The notes beneath the pieces are model-generated. The model saw only the letters and a program-made list of their open reading frames with translations. It did not search any database and had not been told where the DNA came from. A program made the position numbers and the translations under genes. From an uncultured Eubacteriales bacterium (GTDB lineage: Bacteria > Bacillota > Clostridia > Oscillospirales > UBA644), in contig CAUHAO010000008.1 of assembly GCA_959604355.1 (NCBI GenBank), positions 1,784-65,783 of the forward strand: a stretch of DNA of 64,000 nucleotides, in the 5' to 3' direction. Positions 37,756 to 46,305 of the stretch are shown here, piece by piece (position 1 is the first letter of the stretch; each line of letters begins with the position of its first letter).

Positions 37756-38442
37756 TTAAGCAAGAGGCGCGGGAATGTAGGGGCTGAAGAACGTGCCGAT
37801 GGCGGCGAGTATCTGCGGCGCGAAGATCGCAATGATAAGTACCGCCGCAAGCACGACCGCGAGGATTATCAGCGCCGCTATGAGCTGACCTCTGATATAA
37901 TTCACCTTCGTCTGATATTTCGAGCCGCCGCACAGAAGCACGAGCCATACGATTATGTTTACGACGGGTATCGCGAGGAGAATGTGCAGGCCTATCCATC
38001 TGCCGAGGCCCATCGGGTCCTCGATTTTGTTGTCTGCGGGCACATAATACTGCTGCGCGGGAGCCGCGGGAACGGTCTCCGCCTTCGGCTCGGGCGTTTT
38101 CTTTTTCGCCGCGGGAACATAGACGTGCTGTGCCGCGGGTTTTGCTTCTTCAACAGTCGCCTTTGCTTCTTCGACAGGCGCTTTTGCTTCTTCGACGGGT
38201 GCTTTTGCTTCTTCGACGGGCGCCTTTGCCTCTTCGACAGGCGCTTTTTCTTCTTCGACGTGCGCCTTTGCCTCTTCGACAGGCGCTTTTTCTTCTTCGA
38301 CGTGCGCTTTTTCTTCTTCGACGTGCGCCTTTTCTTCTTCGACGGCTTTTGTCTCGTCCTCTGCGATTACCTGCGCGCCGCACGTCGGGCAGGATCTTAC
38401 GCTTTCGTCGAGCTCCGCACCGCATTTTTCACATTTTGCCAT
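37756..38442 (-). CDS. Zinc-ribbon membrane protein with an (E/A)EEKA(H/P)VE repeat linker
   Basis: MAKCEKCGAELDESVRSCPTCGAQV.., about 10 heptad-like repeats, then two C-terminal TM segments. AGGAGG SD. Confidence 0.85.
   Translation of the reverse strand: MAKCEKCGAELDESVRSCPTCGAQVIAEDETKAVEEEKAHVEEEKAHVEEEKAPVEEAKAHVEEEKAPVEEAKAPVEEAKAPVEEAKAPVEEAKATVEEAKPAAQHVYVPAAKKKTPEPKAETVPAAPAQQYYVPADNKIEDPMGLGRWIGLHILLAIPVVNIIVWLVLLCGGSKYQTKVNYIRGQLIAALIILAVVLAAVLIIAIFAPQILAAIGTFFSPYIPAPLA
38140..38345. repeat. In-frame 21-bp tandem repeat (~10 units) inside the 37756-38442 CDS
   Basis: cttcttcgac(a/g)(g/t)gcgc(c/t)tttgc-type unit encoding VEEAKAP / VEEEKAH. Confidence 0.85.
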
Positions 38443-38499
38443 ATCGGAATCCTCCTGTAAAATTTATATCGTTGTCCCCGAAGGGAATGTTTCACACGG

Positions 38500-39327
38500 T
38501 TATTTTTTTGCCGCGTTTTTAACCTCGCCTGCCGCCGCGAACGCGATAAACGCGATGATGTTCGCGCATACGACGCTTGCGCCCGCGGGAGTGTCCCACA
38601 TATACGAAACGGTCATGCCCGCGAAGAAGCACAGAAGGCTTATTACAGCCGAAACGACTATCACGGACGAAAATTTCTTGCATACGCGCATCGCCGAAAG
38701 GGCGGGGAAGATGATGAGACTCGATATGAGCATCGCGCCCATCATGCGCATGCCCAGCACTATCGTCACCGCCGTAAGCAGGGCAAGCAGCGCGTTATAC
38801 GCGTCTGCGTTCGTTCCCGTCGCGCGTGCGAAAGTCTCGTCGAACGTCACCGCGAAAAGACGTGAGTAAAACAGCACGAACAGCACAAGCACCGCCGCCG
38901 CGAGCGCAAGGCTCACCCACACGTCCGTGTGGCTCATTGAAAGGATACTGCCGAACATATAATTATATACATCCGTGTTCATGCCGTTGCCGAGGGATAT
39001 CGCCATAACGCCCACCGCGAGCGCGCCCGTAGAAATGAGCGCCACCGCCGCGTCTCCCTTTATCTTTGCCGACGAGCTTATCCGCAGCAGCAGAAACGCC
39101 GCCGCTATCACGACGGGTACTGCGACCGCGAGCGGAGCGAGATTCAGCACCGCCGCCACCGCCATCGCGCCGAAACCGACATGACTCAGCCCGTCGCCTA
39201 TCATAGAGTAGCGTTTAAGCACGAGGCTCACGCCGAGCAGAGCCGAGCAAAGCGCCACCGCAGCGCCCACGAGCAGAGCACAGCGCATGAAATCGTAGCC
39301 CAGCATTTCTTTTATCGCGTCAATCAT
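38500..39327 (-). CDS. znuB: Metal (zinc/manganese) ABC transporter permease
   Basis: The start is moved to MIDAIKEMLGYDFMRCAL... The protein has ..GDGLSHVGFG.. and 8-9 TM segments. It overlaps the ATPase stop by 8 nt. Confidence 0.85.
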   Translation of the reverse strand: MIDAIKEMLGYDFMRCALLVGAAVALCSALLGVSLVLKRYSMIGDGLSHVGFGAMAVAAVLNLAPLAVAVPVVIAAAFLLLRISSSAKIKGDAAVALISTGALAVGVMAISLGNGMNTDVYNYMFGSILSMSHTDVWVSLALAAAVLVLFVLFYSRLFAVTFDETFARATGTNADAYNALLALLTAVTIVLGMRMMGAMLISSLIIFPALSAMRVCKKFSSVIVVSAVISLLCFFAGMTVSYMWDTPAGASVVCANIIAFIAFAAAGEVKNAAKK

Positions 39328-40039
39328 CGTCGTGCACACAGCCTTTCTGTAAAAAAGCCCTGCCCACGTCGCTCGTGACATAATCCTCTGTCTTTCCGAA
39401 AAAAAGGGGGGTTGCTTTCATATGTAATATATGCGACGCGCGGTGAACGGATTCATGCACGTCGTGCGATACCATTATCACGGTTATGCCGTCGTCGCGG
39501 TTAAGGGATGTTATTATATCGTACATTTCCGCCGTCACTATCGGGTCAAGACCTGCCGTCGGCTCGTCGAGCAGAAGCATTTTCGAAGTCGCGCAGAGCG
39601 CGCGTGCAAGCAGCACTCGCTGCTGCTGTCCGCCCGAAAGGTCCTGATACGACTTGCGCGCGATGGACGTGATGCCGAGTTTTTCCATGTTGCGCGCCGC
39701 ACGTTCGCGGTCAGCTTTCGTGTAAAACGGCGTGAACGAGTGGTTGTTGAGCGTGCCCGAAAGCACGACCTCGTTTACGGACGCGGGAAAGTCCTTCTGT
39801 ATGCCCGTCTGCTGGGGCAGATATCCTATCTGACTGCGGCGCAGTCCGTCGCCGAGAACGATCTTTCCCTCCGATGGGCGTATCAGTCCGAGAAGCGCCT
39901 TTATGAGAGTGCTCTTTCCCGAACCGTTTTCGCCTATGACACAGAGAAAATCCCCCGGGCAGACCGAAAACGTCAGGCGGGTAACTACATTGCAGCCCTC
40001 ATACGCGAGGGAAACGTCTTTACATTCTATAAGTGCCAT
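39320..40039 (-). CDS. znuC: Metal ABC transporter ATP-binding protein
   Basis: Walker A GENGSGKST, signature LSGGQQQR, Walker B LLLDEP. Confidence 0.9.
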   Translation of the reverse strand: MALIECKDVSLAYEGCNVVTRLTFSVCPGDFLCVIGENGSGKSTLIKALLGLIRPSEGKIVLGDGLRRSQIGYLPQQTGIQKDFPASVNEVVLSGTLNNHSFTPFYTKADRERAARNMEKLGITSIARKSYQDLSGGQQQRVLLARALCATSKMLLLDEPTAGLDPIVTAEMYDIITSLNRDDGITVIMVSHDVHESVHRASHILHMKATPLFFGKTEDYVTSDVGRAFLQKGCVHDDD

Positions 40040-40040
40040 T

Positions 40041-40991
40041 TTATCCTCTGTTAAGTGCTTTTTTCAGCGCCGCGGCGTTCGCCGTCATAAGGTCGATGTA
40101 GGTCACGCCCGCGTCAAATTCCGCTTTTGTCACGTTGTGGCACGAGTGCAGCAAAGCGGTGTCCGCACCCGTCGCATCGGCTATCGTCCGCGCCGTCTTC
40201 ATGTTTGAAAACTCTATGTAAAACACGCACGGTATGCCATACTGCTTCACTCTGTCAATCAGCGCCGCCACGGTCTTCGCGCTCGGCTCGGTGTCCGACG
40301 CGCATCCGGGAAACGCCGCGTAATATTCAAGCCCGTATTCTTCCGCGAGATAACGGAACGGAAAGCGTTCGCCGACGACTATCGTTTTCAGCTCTGCGGA
40401 GTCTACGACCTCACGCAGAAGAGTGTCAAGACCCTTGAGCTCTTCCGTATACGCCGCGAGAGCCGCCCTGTAAGTCGCGTCCCCGTCGGTGTCTGCCGCG
40501 CAGAGCTTTTCGCATATCGCGTCGCATATCTTCATCGCGTTTTTCGGCGACGTCCAAACATGCGGGTCGGGTTCCGCGTCTTCATGCCCGTGTTCAAGTC
40601 CATGCCCCGTGCCGTCAACGTCCTCGTCTTCTTCGAGAAGCACCACGCAGTCGGTCATTTTGAGCACTTTCGAGCCGTCGAGCCCCACCGACGCGAGCAC
40701 TTTCTCCACCCACACGTCGTTTTCGTCGCCCGTGCAGATGAACAGGTCACACTTGCCTATCGCCGCGATGTCCTTCGGGCTCGGCTCGTAGGAATGCGTC
40801 TCTTCACCGGGGGAGAGCAGCATCTTCACGTCCGCTCGGTCTCCCGCTATCTGCCGCGCGAAATCGTAGCCGGGAAAAATCGTGGATATAACGCTTATTT
40901 TACCGCTGTCGGACTGCGTCGGAGCGCATGCCGAAAATATCGCGCACATCGCCGCGCAGAACAGAGCGAGCAATATCAGTTTCTTTGCCAA
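40041..40991 (-). CDS. znuA: Metal ABC transporter substrate-binding lipoprotein with a His/acidic loop (ZnuA/AdcA-like)
   Basis: Lipobox ..IFSAC|A. His-rich loop ..DGTGHGLEHGHEDAEPDPHVW... TTG start with GGAGG 8 nt upstream. Confidence 0.88.
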   Translation of the reverse strand: MAKKLILLALFCAAMCAIFSACAPTQSDSGKISVISTIFPGYDFARQIAGDRADVKMLLSPGEETHSYEPSPKDIAAIGKCDLFICTGDENDVWVEKVLASVGLDGSKVLKMTDCVVLLEEDEDVDGTGHGLEHGHEDAEPDPHVWTSPKNAMKICDAICEKLCAADTDGDATYRAALAAYTEELKGLDTLLREVVDSAELKTIVVGERFPFRYLAEEYGLEYYAAFPGCASDTEPSAKTVAALIDRVKQYGIPCVFYIEFSNMKTARTIADATGADTALLHSCHNVTKAEFDAGVTYIDLMTANAAALKKALNRG

Positions 40992-41016
40992 GGGTAATGC
41001 CTCCGAGGGTTGAATT

Positions 41017-41031
41017 TGAAAATCGTTTTCA
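41017..41031. promoter_or_regulatory. Fur-family-type (Zur-like) operator candidate
   Basis: TGAAAAtcgTTTTCA 6-3-6 inverted repeat lies just downstream of a minus-strand TATAAT, in front of znuA. Confidence 0.4.
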
Positions 41032-41189
41032 TATTTTCAATTATATCATCATATCCCCGAAAAGTAAATAGGCGCGTGTGACTTTTTAATGAAATTTGTA
41101 TGTACGCGTACTCTCTTGTGAGGCACAAAAGCGCATTTCTTCGGCTTTTTTAGCCCTTGTCCGCGCGGGAGCGGCAGGTTGATTCCGGA

Positions 41190-41218
41190 TTGACATATCG
41201 GGCGCGAGGTGCTATAAT
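41190..41218 (+). promoter_or_regulatory. Perfect sigma-A consensus promoter with a TGn extension
   Basis: ttgaca at 41190-41195 and tgc-tataat at 41210-41218, with a 17-nt spacer. Confidence 0.6.
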
Positions 41219-41250
41219 ATGTCCAATACGGAGAATTTCACGGAGACTGA

Positions 41251-41766
41251 ATGAAGCGTATGCTTAAAATATCAAAATACGCCGCATACATCCTTGCGGC
41301 AATCATCATCGTCTGCGCCGCGGCGCTCGCGGTACTGTCGATATGCGGTTACGTGCCGATACCCGTGCGTACCGAGGCCATGCATGAGCTGTACCCCGAG
41401 GGCTCACTGCTTTTCGTCACGCCTGCAGACCCCGAGGATATCAAAAAAGGCGACGTCATCACATATTATTACACCGACGGCACGCCTCTTACACAGCGCG
41501 TCGTCGAATTATCCGACGAGGACCGATATTTCATCACCAAGGGAGACTCTTTCGCCGTCTCAGACGCCGCACCCGTCGCTTTTGAGAGCGTCATCGGCAT
41601 CCCCGCGTTCTCGATACCCGTTATCGGATTGGCAGCTGCCGCATTACAGACCTTTTGGGGCGGAGCGCTCGCGGTGCTTCTTCTCGTCGCCGTTGCTGCC
41701 GTCATTCTCATTCCCGAAAAGAAAATCGAGAAAAAAAACGAAAAGAAAATTAAAAGACAGAAATAA
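41251..41766 (+). CDS. SipW/archaeal-type signal peptidase I homologue lacking the catalytic Ser and His
   Basis: N-terminal TM segment. Boxes align with SipW: RTEAMHELYPEGSLLFV against SGSMEPEFNTGSLILV, KGDVITY, PLTQRVV against AVTHRIV, and ITKGDSFAVSDAAPV against KTKGDNNAAADSAPV. A C-terminal TM segment and a Lys-rich tail follow. Confidence 0.75.
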   Translation: MKRMLKISKYAAYILAAIIIVCAAALAVLSICGYVPIPVRTEAMHELYPEGSLLFVTPADPEDIKKGDVITYYYTDGTPLTQRVVELSDEDRYFITKGDSFAVSDAAPVAFESVIGIPAFSIPVIGLAAAALQTFWGGALAVLLLVAVAAVILIPEKKIEKKNEKKIKRQK

Positions 41767-41784
41767 AGCAGAGAGGGTTTATCC

Positions 41785-42711
41785 ATGAAAAAGAAAAATG
41801 AGGCGGTTTCGCTTCTTCTGATAGTCATCGCGGGCATCTCGTGGGGCTTCACGGGCATTTTTGCGCGCTATTTCCAGAATATGGGTGTCGATTCCGCGTC
41901 CGTCACCGCAATACGCATCGTTTCCGCGGCAATATGCCTCACTCTGACGCTGTTTTTCTATGACAGGTCTCTTTTTCGCATAAAATTCCGTGATATATGG
42001 ATATTCCTCTGCACGGGTCTTGTGAGCCTGCTTGTGCAGACGCTTCTTTATTTTAAATGTATGCACCTTACGTCCATCGCCGTCGCCGCAGTGCTCCTTT
42101 ACACCGCTCCCATGTTCGTCATTCTGCTTTCGGCGCTCATTTTCAAGGAAAAGCTCACCGCCGTCAAATGCGTGTCCGTCATTATCGCCGTCGTCGGCTG
42201 CGGCTTCGTCACAGGTATTTTCGGCGCGCCCCAATCCGTCAACGTCACGGGCATCCTGTTCGGTCTCGGCGCGGGCCTCGGCTACGCGTCATACTCAATT
42301 TTCAGCCGCTTTGCGATAAACCGCGGCTACCGCTCGCTCACGATAACGCTCTACACGTTCCTGCTCTCGCTGCTCGGCATCGTCCCGATGCTTCTTATAA
42401 TGAAGTCCGATATCTCTGTCACGCTCTCCGCGTTCCGCACCGGCGGCACCCTCGCCGTACTCATGGCACTCGGTATGGGAATTATCGGCGCGGCGCTTCC
42501 GTATATGCTCTATACGATGGGACTTGAAGGCACCGAGGGCGGCAAAGCGTCCGTAACAGCGTCCGTCGAACCCGTCGCCGCCGCGATATTGGGCTTGATA
42601 TTCTACGGCGAAAAGCTTTCGCCGCTCGTCATCTTCGGAATGGCGCTTGTCATTTTCGCTATCGTCCTTACTTCCGGTGTCATCAAATCCAGAAAGGGTG
42701 GGAATAAATGA
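41785..42711 (+). CDS. EamA/DMT-family transporter
   Basis: 308 aa, 10 TM segments, ..AGISWGFTGIF... It overlaps the nrdG start (ATGA). Confidence 0.8.
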   Translation: MKKKNEAVSLLLIVIAGISWGFTGIFARYFQNMGVDSASVTAIRIVSAAICLTLTLFFYDRSLFRIKFRDIWIFLCTGLVSLLVQTLLYFKCMHLTSIAVAAVLLYTAPMFVILLSALIFKEKLTAVKCVSVIIAVVGCGFVTGIFGAPQSVNVTGILFGLGAGLGYASYSIFSRFAINRGYRSLTITLYTFLLSLLGIVPMLLIMKSDISVTLSAFRTGGTLAVLMALGMGIIGAALPYMLYTMGLEGTEGGKASVTASVEPVAAAILGLIFYGEKLSPLVIFGMALVIFAIVLTSGVIKSRKGGNK

Positions 42712-43394
42712 TTTTCAGCGGCTTGCAAAAACTTTCTCTTCTCGATTTTCCCGCGCACACCGCTTGCACGGTGTTCACGCCCGGGTGTAATTTCCGTTGT
42801 CCGTTTTGCCATAACGCGTCCGTCGTGCTCGACGAGGCGGAGCAGATAGACGAGAGTGAGGTTCTCGCCTTGCTCGACAAGCGCAAGGGGATCCTTGACG
42901 GTGTTGCCGTCACCGGCGGTGAGCCTCTGATGCACCCCGAGCTCGAAGGCTTTCTCGAAAAAGTCAAGCAGAAGGGCTTTCTCGTCAAGCTCGACACGAA
43001 CGGCTCTTACCCCGAACGTCTTGCGGCTCTCGTGCGCGCGGGGCTCGTTGACCGCGTCGCGATGGATATAAAAAACAGCCGCGAAAAATACGCCGTTACC
43101 TCAGGCGCGCCCGCGCTCAATATAAATAAGATAGAGCAAAGCGTCTCTTTCCTGCTTTCCGGCACCGTCGATTACGAATTTCGCACTACCGTCGTCAAGG
43201 GGCTGCATACCGAGGACGATTTCCGCGCGATAGGCGAGTGGATACGCGGCGCAAAAGAGTATTTTCTGCAGTCTTTCGTCAATTCCGGCGACATTCTCGG
43301 CTCGGGCTGCGATGCGTTTCCGCCCGAACAAATGCAGGCTTTTGCCGACATAGTCCGCCCGTATGTAAAGGCGGTAGCCTTGCGTGGTATCTGA
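42708..43394 (+). CDS. nrdG: Anaerobic ribonucleoside-triphosphate reductase activating protein (radical SAM)
   Basis: ..QKLSLLDFP......VFT.GCNFRCPFCHN.. (CxxxCxxC) and ..GVAVTGGEPL... Confidence 0.9.
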   Translation: MIFSGLQKLSLLDFPAHTACTVFTPGCNFRCPFCHNASVVLDEAEQIDESEVLALLDKRKGILDGVAVTGGEPLMHPELEGFLEKVKQKGFLVKLDTNGSYPERLAALVRAGLVDRVAMDIKNSREKYAVTSGAPALNINKIEQSVSFLLSGTVDYEFRTTVVKGLHTEDDFRAIGEWIRGAKEYFLQSFVNSGDILGSGCDAFPPEQMQAFADIVRPYVKAVALRGI

Positions 43395-43419
43395 ATATGG
43401 TATATTTTTTTTGAAAAAA

Positions 43420-43436
43420 ACATCAATATCTTGTGT
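43420..43436. promoter_or_regulatory. Single NrdR-box-like palindrome
   Basis: acatcaatatcttgtgt matches roughly 12 of 16 positions of the acaCwAtATaTwGtgt consensus recalled from the literature. It lies 8 nt upstream of the -35 box. No convincing second box was found. Confidence 0.25.
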
Positions 43437-43444
43437 TTTTGCTA

Positions 43445-43473
43445 TTGACAATCGCAGATTTATGTGCTATAAT
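43445..43473 (+). promoter_or_regulatory. Perfect sigma-A consensus promoter with a TGn extension, for nrdD
   Basis: ttgaca at 43445-43450 and tgc-tataat at 43465-43473, with a 17-nt spacer. Confidence 0.65.
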
Positions 43474-43581
43474 ATGAATTAAGCAAATAAGACCCTTGTC
43501 CCGGTGGAGAGGGAGAAGGTGTCAAATATTATACTATTACACCCGTGGGAAGGAAGCGGGGAAAGGAAACGGTGAACACAA

Positions 43582-45996
43582 TTGTATCAGGTAATCAAAA
43601 GAAACGGTTCGATCGCTGAATTCGACATTTCAAAGATAAGCGACGCAATCCGCAAGGCATTCGAGGCGCAGCAGAAACAGTATCATCCCAGCATAATTGA
43701 CTTGCTCGCGCTCAAAGTTACGGCAGACTTTGAGCCGAAGGTCAAGGACGGCAAGATCGCCGTTGAGGACATTCAGGACAGCGCGGAATCCGTGCTCATC
43801 CAGGCGGGTTACGCGGACGTCGCGAAAGCGTACATACTTTATCGCCGTCAGCGCGAGAAGCTGCGTGAGATGAAGAACGCGATGCTCGACTACAAAGAGA
43901 TAGTTGACAGCTACGTCAAAGTCACCGACTGGCGCGTCAAGGAGAATTCCACCGTCACATATTCCGTCGGCGGACTTATCCTTTCCAACTCGGGCGCGAT
44001 AACATCCCGTTACTGGCTGTCCGAGATATACGACGACGAAATATCAAACGCACACCGCAACGCGGATATACATATCCATGACCTTTCGATGCTCACGGGC
44101 TATTGCGCTGGATGGTCTCTGCGCCAGCTCATCAAGGAAGGCCTCGGCGGTGTTCCCGGCAAGATAACATCCTCTCCCGCAAGCCACCTTGCGACCCTCT
44201 GCAACCAGATGGTCAACTTCCTCGGCATAATGCAGAACGAATGGGCGGGCGCTCAGGCGTTTTCGTCTTTCGATACGTACCTTGCGCCGTTCGTCAAGGT
44301 CGATAATCTTACCTATGACCAGGTCAAGAAGAGCATCGAGTCTTTCATTTACGGCGTGAACACTCCCAGCCGGTGGGGCACTCAGGCACCCTTCTCCAAC
44401 ATCACCCTTGACTGGACCGTTCCCGCGGATCTCGCGGAGCAGAATTGTATCGTCGGCGGCAAGGAAATGCCGTTCAAATACAAGGACTGCCAGAAAGAAA
44501 TGGACATCGTCAACAAGGCGTTCATCGAGATCATGATTGAGGGCGACGCTAACGGACGCGGGTTCCAGTATCCCATTCCGACCTACTCCATCACAAAGGA
44601 TTTCGATTGGTCGGACACCGAAAACAACCGTCTGCTCTTCGAGATGACTGCCAAATACGGCACACCTTATTTCTCCAATTACGTCAACAGCGACATGCAG
44701 CCCAGCGACGTGCGCAGTATGTGCTGCCGTCTGCGTCTCGATCTGCGTGAACTCCGCAAGAAGTCGGGCGGCTTCTTCGGCAGCGGCGAAAGCACGGGCT
44801 CTGTCGGCGTTGTTACGATAAACATTCCGCGTATCGCGTATCTCGCGTCGGACGAGGCGGATTTCTACAAACGCCTCGACCACATGATGGATATTTCCGC
44901 TCGCTCGCTCAAGATAAAGCGCGATATCATCACCAAACTCCTCGACGAAGGGCTCTATCCGTATACGAAACGTTACCTCGGCACGTTCAACAACCACTTC
45001 TCGACCATCGGTCTTGTCGGAATGAACGAGGCGGGACTCAACGCGAAGTGGATCCGCAAGGATATGACTCATCCCGAAACTCAGGAGTTCTCCAAGAACG
45101 TACTCAACCATATGCGCGAACGTCTTTCCGACTACCAGGAAAAATACGGAGACCTGTTCAACCTCGAAGCGACCCCCGCGGAGAGCACGGCGTTCCGTCT
45201 GGCAAAGCATGACGTGAAGCGTTATCCCGATATCATCACAGCCTCTCAGAACGGCGGCACACCTTATTACACCAACTCGTCGCATCTGCCCGTCGGATAC
45301 ACCTCGGATATATTCGACGCGCTCGATATCCAGGACGAATTGCAGACCCTTTACACATCGGGTACGGTGTTCCACGCGTTCCTCGGCGAAAAGCTTCCCG
45401 ACTGGAAGAGCGCCGCGACACTCGTGCGCAAGATCTCCGAAAACTACAAATTGCCTTATTACACCCTCTCTCCGACATATTCCGTCTGCCGCACACACGG
45501 ATATATCGCGGGTGAACAGTATAAATGCCCCATCTGCGGGGAAACTACCGAAGTGTACAGCCGTATAACGGGCTATTACAGACCTGTCCAGAACTGGAAC
45601 GACGGTAAGACCGAAGAATTCAAGCAGAGAAAGGTTTACGATATCGCAAACTCTCATCTCACGCACTCCGGACCCGTTGACCGTGCCAGCTCATGCTGCT
45701 CCTCCGCCGGAGCGCAGGTCACAGTCGACACCGAGGCTCTCGGCAACGTGGATGTCGCGACGAAAACGTTCGAACTCTTCACCACCAAGACATGCCCGAA
45801 CTGCAAAGTCGCGGCGGCGATGCTCGAAAATGAGGGTATCGAATACGTCAAGACGGACGCGGAGAGCGATCCCGAGCGCACGAAGAGCTACGGCATCATG
45901 CAGGCGCCCACCCTCATCGTCACTTCACCCGACGGCACATACGAAAAATATGTCGGCGTGTGGGATATCAAGAAAATGATACAGGAACATAAATAA
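43582..45996 (+). CDS. nrdD: Anaerobic ribonucleoside-triphosphate reductase (class III) with a fused C-terminal NrdH/glutaredoxin-like domain
   Basis: TTG start. ATP-cone ..VIKRNGSIAEFDISKISDAIRKAF... Finger-loop ..RSMCCRLRLD... Zn site ..YKCPICGE... Glycyl-radical motif ..SRITGYYRPVQNWN.GK..E...R. About 117 extra residues follow, ending in KTFELFTTKTCPNCKVAAAMLENEGIEYVKTD...MQAPTLIV... Confidence 0.93.
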   Translation: MYQVIKRNGSIAEFDISKISDAIRKAFEAQQKQYHPSIIDLLALKVTADFEPKVKDGKIAVEDIQDSAESVLIQAGYADVAKAYILYRRQREKLREMKNAMLDYKEIVDSYVKVTDWRVKENSTVTYSVGGLILSNSGAITSRYWLSEIYDDEISNAHRNADIHIHDLSMLTGYCAGWSLRQLIKEGLGGVPGKITSSPASHLATLCNQMVNFLGIMQNEWAGAQAFSSFDTYLAPFVKVDNLTYDQVKKSIESFIYGVNTPSRWGTQAPFSNITLDWTVPADLAEQNCIVGGKEMPFKYKDCQKEMDIVNKAFIEIMIEGDANGRGFQYPIPTYSITKDFDWSDTENNRLLFEMTAKYGTPYFSNYVNSDMQPSDVRSMCCRLRLDLRELRKKSGGFFGSGESTGSVGVVTINIPRIAYLASDEADFYKRLDHMMDISARSLKIKRDIITKLLDEGLYPYTKRYLGTFNNHFSTIGLVGMNEAGLNAKWIRKDMTHPETQEFSKNVLNHMRERLSDYQEKYGDLFNLEATPAESTAFRLAKHDVKRYPDIITASQNGGTPYYTNSSHLPVGYTSDIFDALDIQDELQTLYTSGTVFHAFLGEKLPDWKSAATLVRKISENYKLPYYTLSPTYSVCRTHGYIAGEQYKCPICGETTEVYSRITGYYRPVQNWNDGKTEEFKQRKVYDIANSHLTHSGPVDRASSCCSSAGAQVTVDTEALGNVDVATKTFELFTTKTCPNCKVAAAMLENEGIEYVKTDAESDPERTKSYGIMQAPTLIVTSPDGTYEKYVGVWDIKKMIQEHK

Positions 45997-46015
45997 TTAT
46001 CCGAATACATAACGA

Positions 46016-46040
46016 AAAGCCCGATATTTCGGGCTTTTCG
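46016..46040 (+). terminator. Intrinsic terminator after nrdD
   Basis: aaaagcccga-tattt-cgggctttt hairpin followed by a T-run. Confidence 0.8.
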
Positions 46041-46046
46041 TTCAAT

Positions 46047-46137
46047 AAGGCTCAGCGCTTTACGAATACGCAATGCCTTACGAAGGCTCAATGCTTTACG
46101 AATACGCAATGCCTTACGAAGGCTCAATGCTTTACGG
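46047..46137. repeat. 36-bp tandem repeat x2.5
   Basis: aaggctca(g/a)(c/t)gctttacgaatacgcaatgccttacg begins at 46047, 46083 and 46119 (the last partial). Confidence 0.9.
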
Positions 46138-46159
46138 CACGGCGGATTTATTGCACAAA

Positions 46160-46255
46160 CGGCTCCTTCAGCGCCGCGCGAAAGTCCTGCGGACTTTCGG
46201 CGACGGTCTGCGACCGTCGCGCTTTGCTGCGCAAAGCCGCGCGGCGCGCCTGCGT
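46160..46255. repeat. GC-rich stacked-hairpin element (copy D)
   Basis: gaaagtcCTGCGgactttc, gacggtCTGCGaccgtc and ctttgCTGCGcaaag lie back to back. All three share the CTGCG loop. Confidence 0.6.
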
Positions 46256-46305
46256 AAAACATACTTTCACGTCCCCGCAAATCACATCTTAAGGAGACAA
46301 AATCA

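Noticed and set aside
44044-45666. 540-aa minus-strand ORF antisense to nrdD.
   Set aside because: Same reasoning: a shadow ORF opposite a gene with unambiguous motifs, and an Arg/Val/Glu-rich nonsense translation.
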